A stretch of DNA of 64,000 bases from Rhodosorus marinus CCMP1338 (lineage: Eukaryota; Plantae; Rhodophyta): NCBI GenBank assembly GCA_029953675.1, contig JAMWBK010000013.1:1-64000 (forward strand). Reading direction: 5' to 3'. This document shows positions 32,501 to 42,000 of this stretch, one piece after another. The translations under genes and the position numbers were made by a program. Numbering within the stretch: position 1 is the stretch's first letter; the number at the start of each line of letters is the position of its first letter. The notes below the pieces were generated by a model. It did no database searches. It was not told where the DNA came from and worked only from the letters and a program-made list of their open reading frames with translations.

Positions 32501-33006
32501 TCGTCCAGCTTCTTTACCTTTTCGTCGAGCTTCTCCAGCGGCCCATCAATAATATTCGCAATTTGTTTGAAGAACGGACCAATCTTCGGAATGAAGCCCA
32601 AGGCCTTGGCGATGATGTATATAGGATTTAGGTACTTGAGCCCAAGCTCCAATACTGGCTTCAACGGGGCCCCAATCTGGAACAGCGCAACTTCCTGCCT
32701 GCTGTCATTGCCACAGGTCAAAGAGAGCACGGTACGAATTACGTCAAGCACGCTCAGCTTTGGAATCCCTAGCGGATTAAACTCTGCAATCTTGAGGCCT
32801 CGCCTAAAATCCTCATCCTGGAAAAACTCAACGGCCCCCTCTAAGGAATCATGATCCATCAAACGCCGTACGCACTGCTGCTGTTGAGTGGTCCCTTCGT
32901 AAATCTCCCACTGACAGTCTCGTTCCTTCGGCACAATACCCAACAAAGCATCAGCACGGGTAACCAGCCGAAGGGATAGCAGGAGAAAAATCAAAGGCCC
33001 GGACAT
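26524..33006 (-). CDS. Large secreted mosaic adhesin/lectin-like protein (2160 aa, intronless): helical N-terminal region, SUEL/galactose-lectin-like modules, GCC2-GCC3 Cys repeats, two LNR (Notch) repeats, seven HYR-like repeats, C-terminal choice-of-anchor-A-like domain
   Basis: Signal peptide MSGPLIFLLLSLRLVTRADA (first in-frame ATG at 33006). Motifs: CPPGETVSVISAEFG, CxxCPxGTF, GNGxCxxxLNxxxCxxDGGDCC x2, RTWxAxDxxGN x7, VGGDAFI...ILVNI...SLLIPKA. Domain names assigned by motif recall, not by search. Confidence 0.85.
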   Translation of the reverse strand: MSGPLIFLLLSLRLVTRADALLGIVPKERDCQWEIYEGTTQQQQCVRRLMDHDSLEGAVEFFQDEDFRRGLKIAEFNPLGIPKLSVLDVIRTVLSLTCGNDSRQEVALFQIGAPLKPVLELGLKYLNPIYIIAKALGFIPKIGPFFKQIANIIDGPLEKLDEKVKKLDEKCEDLDKWAGRLNKGLEYLQAASTFAWAVNIIILPPLVNHLCDDTNAQVAGLLETRCSVETLEDVGQPIESLCSVDDVVGDGSALRSALGGVESFVGEIRDIVNGPVQQLQDQEPALESLKDSIGVTSAAVNEFIEPFEPVRGLMDSLYEVTKFLDCGDFCVVFDAINIAIDAVLEAFGLKDEVEALFAELLDVLNVPDLDVLDLDVLDFDFRSRLDEITNGPEVPLALERTDFDFLAELSGSFQCTWDAAPGAWLTKIASSLNGETISFSCPGGSRPIVYRAEYNVWDCTQDLTTLMRFPCAENENSCTLNFENLTQCANAEAPSPELAELVLNPAMMRAQYFCIPFGETPTILSSYIGLDVTDIAETAFEEVQRSPPNAPWSEEKRDDFKHRDIDLIRSPTCGGNRFVKLVDRSSINSCWTAESVSGLPAPFISSIDGGSSTFDKEQLCFAMWEGRKEAEQSIYTALELGTWKYLQQRGAALGIFDPPSNAGPLCTDFTANADGLTVYCFPEFCPGDGLESDRTFPPPNDWWNLCLQYEGADPDIFASIEARKVFKERREETLGQWTVQNQQRAGSNVCLDKFANCESATGATCDLAGCEPDFIGYACLNPVSSVPNGFVSYTFADSELEAEGGSVLTPKCPPGETVSVISAEFGSGFDVEDVTALVAAGCKASGCLLSARTVADALNESYEGKTLRLDAVCICGPGYELLRIDGDCTLCPEGYTRANDQDACVAAPPGFHVPTRPRASPLPCERGTFAEEAASTACVPCPIGTFSTILGADNADVCQPCAEGTVGSLSGQQLCRECPIGTQPNDARTGCDPCPEGTFGAAGGTCQNADPGFYVPEYKYTGQQLPCTVGFYTNEGGQSKCKAAPLGYYVEEPAWDRLPKKCDEGLITLRIASTSQNDCITPAECPRPEVGENCDQFMDRIGIPRSETGNGFCQSCLNVQICDWDGGDCCIDTCERTVLLDSDIPSLEDEFFVRSCDPTRMECLAPRTGIFFCQFSEKTEELQPGFEDTECDNSSPRKGNGICDADLNYPNCQFDGGDCCFSTCNNDAEDPNACLPYDDRRICRDPDAAAVVDNEPPELVGLPADLEPVLECGSELPSVDVFGRDNDPCYIGRVSVSLSLELPPINNCVERVRTRKWQTQDPAGNEAETMQTIRILPDVTGPQFEDPRPGDVVVDVGVDLSPENTGGTPMAIDDCTEANISYSDEILEQTCEGVVIIRTWSATDECGNSNSYEQRITQTGMADDTPPVLLNVPESFEAACDPDFVPIPMDQFDVTATDDDPCFDNVVQTSSVESGNVCDGRVFERTWSAVDPSGNASEMTQVITVLGDQGVPEFEQPTPPNFVVQPGVELSPENTGGSATATDDCSDVTISYSDDIPDGFCNGSRIITRTWTATDECGNSSSVEQLITQEVLDETPPALLNVPASFDAICDREFVPTPMDEFDVSATDDDECFDGEVQTSSVESGSTCDGRVFERTWSATDPSGQEGAVTQTITLLGDTFLPEFTNFPDDMTFSCTAVEDDLATANTGFPGATDSCSTVGDVEYEDDSSFPSGRCFEEAVIKRTFSVTDGCSNTATAEQRLTITGDVTPPEFLEFPDDVTVTYLTDGISPQFLGWPTVTDDCSPDVTIEYEDEYSIPNDRCSGEKLITRTWTARDSCGNSATAEEKQVIMITTDGALFDDSLYMSTSSVRHLTVGGDAFIEGGVKARRNAVINGEIGGSEATCALPQAVVAAWRVTISEEEAADATADGGRVIHYGRSLNLKRRNGLVVSAEESYEDEDYERLRQQTIEFSDRLFSDESLLKLDDGPPRQICRVGVGCAVTGTVSMSTKGSVVVEGDTVKLLARHPVYNVFHLEDLEQLFKLRNRQVINRVEFECDRTASIILNVPGRTSTIRLRPLVYDLQACRPEQILVNIHDQSRDVTVRSNPGNLYPFSLLIPKAEVTLNNVEVTGQLIAKETRLSNSAKLSCPLFEGSYSCADLT

Positions 33007-33216
33007 TATTTGCTCTATTCCGGACACAGACTTCCTCACGCATGCAACAAATTTCTGATACACCCACGCCCACGTCCCTCAGACAACCTGGCCAACCTCA
33101 CCTACCCATAAACTCCCTTCCGCCCATCGCGACCCTTCCGCCCCAGAGCCACACCGGCTATTCTTGACGGTCCCGCTCACATATAAATAAGTACACATCC
33201 CAAGAAAATCCTCCTC

Positions 33217-33412
33217 CACAATGATGCAACACGGAGAGGTAGTGATTAGAAAAGCGTTTCCATATAGTTACACCTTCGACCCAATCCATTTAACGCGCTT
33301 CTCACAAGCCGAATCACAATGACGCAACGCAGAGAGATAGTGATTAGAAAAGCGTTTCCATATAGTTAGTTGCACCTTCAACCCCTATCCATTTCACGCG
33401 CTTCCCAGCAGT
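33217..33412. repeat. Two diverged tandem units of about 98 bp upstream of the mosaic gene
   Basis: TAGTGATTAGAAAAGCGTTTCCATATAGTTA is present in both units; unit starts CACAATGA at 33217 and 33315. Confidence 0.8.
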
Positions 33413-35888
33413 CGAATCATCCTGGAAGTACGCTGACCCCCCCGTGAGAGCTGTTGTTCTCAATGTTGACAAATGCAGTGAAAGTAAAACACATAACGAA
33501 AGTTGTTAAAACTCGACCCTAGTAGCAAACAACTCTGGTTGACCTGACTTTCTTGGTCGTGAAGAAGAGCGGCCTCCAGCTCCTGCTACCCCCAAACTCT
33601 TGGAAAGCTGTGGGATCGCCTTTTGGCTTCATGTCAATCATTTTAGAGGCTGCTTAACAGTCGTTTTTCAGAATGGATTCTAAAACGAGAAAGAAATCAT
33701 AATACAATACTCCACATTTCCGGAACCCTTTTTTTCTTTTTTTTCAATCTCCGATGAACGGGCACAATCATTATGCACCGTGCAAACATATCAGACATGT
33801 ACAAAACGTGCTCCTTGACCGGTGTCTCTTCTGGCTCTTAGTTGTACTTCCCCCCCCTTGTGGGCGCGGTGCGAACTGACCTTGGAGGCCAAGGGGGGGA
33901 GGGATTCTAATTCTAAATGGAACCCCCTTGAGAATTTTATAGTTTTAATACTTTTCAGGCTGTATCTCAGATTGATTGAGCCAAGAATTATCCATTTACG
34001 AATAGAGGTTATCCATAACACTCGAAAAGCTCGTTCAGATTGGGGATAAGATATTCAGGGGTTCTCAAAAGCGTATGGAAGCTTCATGCAATTTGTCCAG
34101 GTCACTGTCCTCACACCTCAAGCCCTCAACCCTCTGTACGCAGTGGTTTCTGAGCTTTTCTTAAAGTTTTTTGCCCAGCTTATAGCGGGGGACAAACTGC
34201 TTTTACACTTGTTATTTTTCTTTGTCTACGCCTCCAGCAAGGGAGTGCTTGGAGGGGCATGATCCGAAGTCAGAACGGAGCAGTTTAACTCCCGTAGATA
34301 AGCAGCAACCCTATCAAAAGTTTCAGTTCCTTTCTTCAAGCATGCAGAACTACCTCAGGTGGGCGTCTTCTTTGTTATGCGCTGGAGGAACTACTCAACC
34401 CAGTGAAAATCTGTGAAAATCCTCGGATACAGCGTACTAAACTCATCAGTACACATAAACTCCCCAAAGTCTCTTCGTAGAATTGATTTTTTCATGTTTT
34501 GCAGAATAGGATTTGCCCTTACTCTTTTCCCCCCCCCCCCCAATACCCTTCCCGTCGTGGGTTCGTTTTGGAACCCCCCTGATCCAAACGTGACCCCATA
34601 CCATAATCACTTTCTAGACCTCTCATGTGGTTTGTACATTTTAGCATGCTGAAATAACTTACATTTTCCGCTTGTTCTCGTTTTTAATTCAAAACGCCAT
34701 TTCGTTTAAACGAAAAAAACAACACCTTACTAGGAATTACGGGCTAATAATCTTTGTCCGACGAAGTGTCTGTTCGGAGACTGAAAAAAAAAACTGTCCG
34801 AAATGGAGGGGGGGAGAGGTGGCGGACACTGGAGTCTGTTTTCTTTGAATACAGGGCATACATTTGGAGACTGGCAAAGGTTCGAGGAAATGATTTCGGG
34901 AATGGAGCCGAAAGATCGCGAACTTCCATAATCAATAGCGGTGTTCCATACGCCTAGGTCCCGTGTTTTTTTTGTGCCAATACGTTTCCTCAGTTGTCGG
35001 TGCTTGATTTTCGCTTGACTGGCATGGGCGAAAAACGCTTGCGGTCAACATTGGAGCAGCGTTCATATGGCATTATAGGAAGCTCTGAGATGAAAAGTGA
35101 CCAGAGACTGTCAAGCCGTTCGTGAAACACTTCCCGTAGCAAACGAGAATCAGCGGAATGAACCATGACGTGATGAGCTAAAGCTCATCGCCTGGAACTG
35201 AACCCCAAGCTCTAGCCTTGAGAAGACAAAGCCCTCATGTTTCACCTATTTACGATGTCTATGCTGGCGCAGATCCAGGCTATCTCTCCCGCAGCCGGCA
35301 AGCCACAGCTAGACTGGGGATTTGGAACTGCATCTATGTTTAGCGGCTGCGTACTGATAAGCTGTTAGGTACAACACACCCAGCGGAATCCCTGTTTCCC
35401 GTCGTAGAGGACACACCCACCAAGGATATACCTTTCCAGCAAGACAAGGAAACTCAAAAAGGATTGAGCGGCCGACTCACGGAAAGTGTCTCGAAGCCAA
35501 CGAGAAACCGTAAGCCCAAAGAAAAGAAGAAGATCACCTTCCAAAAGAATCCACGGGTCTTGGATTCTTTACATGACCAACCCTCCCTTCCAAAGAAAAG
35601 AAAGACATCACCTTCCAAAAGAATCCTTGGGTCAACATGACCACCCCCCCCCCCCCACAACACAAAAATAGTTCTTCGCCCTTGATACTCTGCTCTCTTC
35701 GTCCGAAGAAATATCTATCGGCGAAGGCTGATTCCTAATAAAGGAGTCACCAGAGGCTGAATTATTCCGTTATTTGTTTTGTATTTTTAAGGACTGGGCT
35801 GTGCCCCCCCCACAGACCAGTGCTTAAGAATACAAAACAAATAACGTAAAAATATGGGAATACATATACAAACCCCAGCTAGGCAAAT

Positions 35889-36531
35889 TCTCAGACTGAA
35901 GACAACGCAGATTTTGGCGCCCACCTGCTCGCTAGTTGCCCGGCGGTGAAAGGTGCTCGAACCCGCCGCCACACACGGATCTTGAACCTGTTATACCGGG
36001 AACTTCGGCCTATAGTCCGGCAAGCCGGTCTGGAAATCGAACGTGAGAAACCTTTACCCGTCGCGGACTTTCAAAATGATGAACGCCGTGTAGCCGACCT
36101 GGTGATCACCTGTGACGACAGCCGCCGTACCACATACGTTGATCTTGCTGTTCCTAACCCTCAAGCTAGTCGTTATCTCCCGGCTGCGGGGGAGCGCCGT
36201 GGATCTGCCGCCGCCAGCATGAGACGCCGCAAAGAGATCAAATACGCGGGGGCTTTGTCTTCCCCTGGTGTTCGTGCTTCGGCACTAGCACATCGCTTGG
36301 TACCCCTGATCATTGAGTGCTTTGGGTTCATGGACTCTGTTGGTTCTCGCTGGCTTCGGGAGTTGTTCCGCGAACGCCCTGACCGTCTTCAATCGTTGTT
36401 TACCCGCTTAAGTTTCCTGCTGTGGCGCATGAATGCCGCTTTGATGTTGGAGGCGCGAGTACTTCGCCGCGCTTAGTCTTTTTTTCCCCTCGGGGTTTTT
36501 TTTCAGCCTCCGATTAAACCATTCATTCATT
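35889..36531 (+). mobile_element. 5'-truncated lineage B insertion with about 10-bp target-site duplication
   Basis: RLE ORF 35946-36476; (ATTC)3 tail; CAGCTAGGCA at 35876-35885 and 36532-36541. Confidence 0.92.
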
Positions 36532-37139
36532 CAGCTAGGCACCGAGCGCCAACAAATCAATCCACCCAAAAAAAAATTACGACGAGAGTCGGGACTCCGA
36601 GGGTTGACTAGAAACCGCCACCAAAAAACAAATCTACTCGGCGGCGGGAACAACGACAAAAGGAAAAAAAAGAAGATCTCTCTCTCAGTCTTTTCCAATT
36701 CATGATTTAGAAATGAAATCTATTCATTCGAGCGTTCGACCAATAAAACTAAAATATAAGTTTTTACTGCCAATAGAATTTTCTTTACTAGGTGTACATT
36801 ACATTCCTAGTCCAATCAATATTGATTTTCCTTATTGAAAAATCTCAGTAGGGATTATGGAAGAAGAAAGGAAACTGCGTACACGCAACTTGCCATTTAC
36901 CCATTTGTTTTATCCTTAGAACGAACAGCGTGCAGACGATCTGCCCCCGTTTATTTATGAAAATTTTAGAAGTACATTTATAATTAAAAAAGGAGTGCTG
37001 GTTGGTAGATATGAAACTCCCAATCAAAATCTGAAGGTCAAAAACCGAGTAAACAAGACAACTTAAGAAGATATTCCGTCTCCCCCAACATCAAAGGTCC
37101 AGTCGTTCGGGTCGTGAGGGCGTATAGTGTTGGGTTGGC

Positions 37140-38467
37140 CTAACTTTTGGTTATCATAGTGTTTTGGTATGGAGGGCACTGCGTTCCATCGTCTTACCCC
37201 GGGGATTTTTGGTTTGTGTGGCCAGTCTGCGTGCTTTTTCTCCCTCCGCTGGGGTTGGGATTCCCCGGTTACTTCGTATTGGGTATTCCCCCGTTTTTCC
37301 CGGCATCTTGTGGTGAGCTTCTCCTCTCCACATTTGTTTGCGATGGTTCGGTTTCCCCACCCCTTCCCGTGGCTGGCGCTGCGATTTCTCTGCTCGTGGA
37401 ACAGCGTGCTGGCGTTCAGCACCCGTGCCAATCTTGCCACTTGCAGCCAGGTGTCGTTGCCATTCCTAATTCTTCTGTGCCTCCCCTAGTCGCCGACCAC
37501 ACCTCCCCGCCTGGGCTATCCTTGGGGCCGAATCCTGCTCTTGCGAGTGTTTCTCGGCCCTCCTATTCCGAGGTCCTTCGTCGCGGTTCCTCTGAACAAC
37601 GCACGACGGCCATGGTGCGTGTGATGCCTTCCCCGTGAGCACTCCTGAGCCTCGCCGCTCTGCCCTTGCGAGCACGGTACTGATTTGTGCCACGTCTCTT
37701 TGTGTGTTGAGTTTGACCGCTTCGAAGCAGGTTAGGTTCCACAGTCGGCGCTGCAGAGCCACCCTGAAACGTAAGCTCCTGTTCTCGCGTTCGAAACTCA
37801 TGCGGCGCGACTTTCACGCACCCAGTCGAGCCTCTTTGCCCGTTCCACCTCCCCGTGCCATCCTCCACTCGGTGTTAGAGGACTTCCTATCCGCCGAGGC
37901 CGCTTTGATGGAACTCCATCCGGCCTTTGAACTTTCGCAAGCGACTCGTGACCGCCTCTCCTCTCCTCCTCGTGCAGTTGCAGTTCGTTACGCCGGCATG
38001 TCGGCGGCCCTCCCCTGCTCCCCCAATCCGCTGGCTTTGGACACCCTCAGCGAAGACGACAGAGGAAGTCCGCCTTCTTTAGGTTCTTTTAGTTCTTTAG
38101 CTCGTCCACTACGCAAAGCACCTTGCCGCTCCTGAGTCACCCTCAGAGGTGCCCCACCGGATTCAAGCAACGGTCCCCGATTAAGGGGAGGCCTAATGTC
38201 TGAGTCCTCTTCTCCCGTCCGTGTGTCGCCCGTGTCCGTCCTATTGGCCGATGCCCCGTTCACTGGGCGCGAGCGCCTTTTCTCGTGGTTTTTGGACCTT
38301 TTTATCTCCTTGCCGGATGGTCCCCTTCCCTTGCGTAACTAGAACCCATTTGTACGGCTCCCTCGTCTTCTTCACAAGCCTCTGGCGTTGGTCTTGGAAT
38401 TTTTATGGCAGGAAGTTTCAGATCACCCTAAGCGCTCTCTTCCCTGGGATCTCCTTTTCTTTTCCCT
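37140..38467 (+). mobile_element. Diverged lineage B 5' portion (5' UTR, decayed ORF1, ORF2 start), 3'-truncated
   Basis: SYSEVLRRGSSEQRTTAMVR, NPLALDTLS and ATGTCTGAG (38196) are homologous to the minus-strand copy at 40000-41750. Confidence 0.82.
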
Positions 38468-38468
38468 G

Positions 38469-41400
38469 GCAACCACCGGCCCCAATGAGTTGGAAGTGAG
38501 CGAAGCCAATAGGTTAACCGCTGACTGCAACAATACCGAAACAGCAACAACGAGCACTGGAGAAAGCCCGGAGGTAGCCGTCGAAGCTCTGCAACCAGCT
38601 GTCTGTGCTTACCGAGGAGCTGCAGCAACTCGCCTTCAACGAAGAACGGCGACCCGTAGGGGATGCCTAATTGGACAAAACCATCCGGTCTCCAAATATC
38701 CTGGAACGACGCAGGTACCTGCTGCTCTTGTGCAGCTACACCTCCCCAGTAGAACGATTTGTGATGATTAACCTCCAAGTCAACCCGCGAAGCCAAGGAG
38801 CGGAGACGATCATAAGCGAGCGCTAGAGTATCAGGGGGCCCCAGGAGGCACACGTCGTCGTGGTATGCAACCGTACGAACCTGCGGGAATTCGGAGCGAA
38901 GACAAAGCAAGACGACTTGTAGTCCACAGGCATGTAGGAAAGGGGACAAGGGATCACCCTGTTGTACCCCTGTGCGCGCCGCAAACGCGTGTGAGGAAGC
39001 GCCAAGGGTGTCATAGGTAGCCCCACGACCAAGCGGAGAATAAAGTCTACGAACAAAGGGAAAGCCTACAGGGAAGACTTCGCGCACCACGTGCATGAGA
39101 GCCGGACGAGAGACGCGGTTGAACGCATTGGTAAAATCTACAGAGAGGAGCCCAGAATCTGGGGAGTACGCCATTTCCGAACGGAGTAAAACAGACAACA
39201 ACTCACAGCCACCACGATAGCCCACGCCTAACTGCACGTGCCCAAAGAAACGGCGGGATTCGGGAACCAGGATTTTCACTAACCATCGCGCCGCCAATTT
39301 TGCGGACCACCTCAACCAGGCCAATAGGGCGAATAGCAGGGCTCGAGGCCGTGTGGCCGGGCTTCGAAAGCAGACACAACTGCGAACGCCCGACCAAGAA
39401 CCACGCACACTCACACAGGGGATCACCATTCACAAGCGCTTCGACCACCCACGCCAACGCCTTCAAACCTTCATCACTTAAGAAACGGAGATATTCCACC
39501 CGCAGCCCCGAGGCCCCCGCGGAACGGCCCTTCGGAGCATCATGAACCAACTCACGCACCGCCTCCAGATTGACCACTAACCGCGCACTGGGATGTGGCG
39601 CGGCGCGGTACTCTTCCAACACTGATTCAAACGAGGAGTCCCAAGGGGAGCCTTCCGAGGGAAAGAGCAAACGGAGCGGTGAAGAAAGATCATCGGAGTA
39701 TGGAACCACAGGTTGCCGCCGCTGGAGGATCCCGGCTGCCCGCCGCAGATCACCGCCTGCCACCGCGTGACGCGCCCGATTCTGTCGAGAAGACCTAAAA
39801 GCTGAGGGAGCACTAGGAGAAAAGGAAGAGAGAGAAGCGAAACAAAGACGTTCGAGGTCCTCAAAGTCGCCGGAAAGGAACATTTGCAGTTTTCGGCGAG
39901 GGTGGACCCGGCGAGGATGTGGGTTGAGGGGGACGGTAGAGGAGGTGAGCACGAGGCGGGGAAAAAAGAACAAGAGTTCCCAGCGAAGAGAGCAGTGAGG
40001 GTTCGCGCGACCTGCTGCCAGAGAAAATCCAACACCAATCCTAGGGGCTTATGAAGTCGACGAGGGAGCCGTACGGCCGTGCTCTGACGACAAAGGGGAA
40101 GGGAACCGTCCGGATAGGAGGCGACAAGGTGCGAAAACCACGAGAGAACACGCTCATGCCAGGCTGAGCGGTCACTGGTAAACAAGGGTAACCGTGACGA
40201 CACGCACGCGGAGGAGGAAGACTCAGACATCGGGCCTCCCCTCAGTCGGGAAGGCAGATCGAATATCCGGAGGAGGTGCCTCGGAGGGAGGCTCAGGAGC
40301 CGCACGACGCTTACGTGGAGGGCGCACGAAGGAACTAAAAGACCTGAAGAAAGTAGACACAGGGTTTTCAGCAGCGGAGTCTTGACTGAGGGTGTCCAGA
40401 GCCAGCGGATTCGGAGAGGCCGATGGTGCTTCTTCCATCTGTGTCACTAGCCTCGGAGACAGGGCGAGGGGAGGAAGGGTGCTCAAGAGTCGGCGGCAGA
40501 AGGTCAAACGCAGGGTGAGCTTCCAGCAGGGTGGCCTCAGTGGAGAGGAAGGCCTCTAGCGCGGTGCGGAGGACCCCGCGAGGAGGAAAACGCGCGAAGA
40601 GGCTCGCCTGTATGCGCGAGAGCCGCGCCGCATGAGTGTGTAGCGCGACAACCGAAGCCTGCGAGGCATCCAGGTTTTGCAAGGCCGACGGAGGAACCCA
40701 GCCGGCGTCAAAACGATCGAACTCGACAAACAAAGAGACATGAGGACGAGTCAGTATCATGTTGGCCAGAGCAGAGCGCTGGGGCGCGGGGGTGGATTGA
40801 AGGAACTGGTAAGCCGAGTCAGTAACAAGAAAACAGGCATGAGGGCCCGTGAAGTCCACATATAGGAATTCAGACGGGGCGACCCCAAGGGAGGAAGCCA
40901 TGGTGTCGCGAAAATCGCGGTAGTGGACGGGCGCGCGGCCCCGACCACGAGAGGGGGTCTGGGGACGCACGTTCGTCATCCAAACAAAGTGGAACGGAGA
41001 TAGTTGGCGAGAAGAGTCAATAGGGATGTGTTGTGGCATCATACGCACCATTGCCGTCGTGCGTTGTTCAGAAGAGCCCCTGCGTAGGACCTGCGAATAG
41101 GTCGCACGTGGGGCACTGGAGGGAGCAGGATTCGGGCCCGACGCGGGCCCAGGAGGCGTCTGTCCTTGAATAGGGGTAGGCCAGTCGGAATCAGGAATGA
41201 CCGGAGCGGAGCGCTCGGGTCGGGTGGAGGCAGGCCCCGCTGTACCGTGCGGATCCGCGGGGACGGGCACCGGGGGGTATGGGGCAGGCGCGGAGGCGGA
41301 GAAGCGCTCCAAATAGGCGATCAGCAGGGGCAGGCGGTGTTCCTGGGAAGCAGTCACAAGAAGACTCGTCAGTTTCGAGCAGATCCCATGGGCTAACTCG

Positions 41401-41757
41401 TCAGCGCAGTCCGTGAGGGTGGCCGCGGTACTAAACCCGCCCACGCAGAGCTCCACGCGCGCTGAGAGAACGGCTCCGTCCGCCGGAATGGGTGGGGAAA
41501 CCCCAACCATAACGATTGGAAGGTGTGAAAAACCGATTCCTCCACGAAACCCCCAAAAAGAGAACTTGTTCCCAACGTTTGCAACCAAAGAAAAACCACC
41601 ACGACCTCCAAGGGGCGCTAGCAACCCCCAGCACGCACCACACCACTAGAAGATGCGGGGGAAAGTTTGCAGAAAGAAGCGCCTCCCACCGAAGAACACA
41701 ATAGTGACTCAAAACCACCAAAAGCCAGCACCATACACCCTCACGAAACCAAAAACT
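38469..41757 (-). mobile_element. Lineage B element, 5' two-thirds (ORF1 41510-40223, ORF2 40230-38469, both frameshifted), 3'-truncated
   Basis: ORF1 starts MVGVSP. RT motifs AIRPIG, HVQLGVG, DFTNAFN, GVQQGDPLSP, AYHDD. The end matches positions 1-180 of the window. Confidence 0.9.
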
Positions 41758-42000
41758 AGGGGCCTAAGACCAGTGAAGATATCAGCGCAAAGCAGCCATA
41801 ATCATCGTTTCGACGGGACATAACGCAAGGCTTACATTGGGCTACATCGGACTCCACTATTATTGAATGAATTGGTTTTTACTATTATTAAGGAATGTGG
41901 GGAACGGGATTGTGTATTGTAGTGGGGCTAACAGCTAAGATTTGGCGTGTAGCTCAGATAGCGTGAGAATGAGAGTTAGCATGTATTGGGATTGTGGTGG

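Noticed and set aside
33007-33063. ORF-track N-terminal extensions (33063 GTG, 51156, 57777, 22964, 7137)
   Set aside because: They use non-ATG or upstream starts; the signal peptides or the conserved MVGxSP begin at downstream ATGs.
35169-35360. C/D-box snoRNA (GTGATGA ... CTGA) with a GATGAGC/GCTCATC hairpin
   Set aside because: Box spacing is implausible (about 30 or 185 nt), with no terminal stem or recognisable rRNA guide.
38184-38192. Shine-Dalgarno-like AGGGGAGG before the B ORF2 ATG
   Set aside because: The context is eukaryotic nuclear, and the bases also encode the conserved ORF1 residues (K/E)GR.
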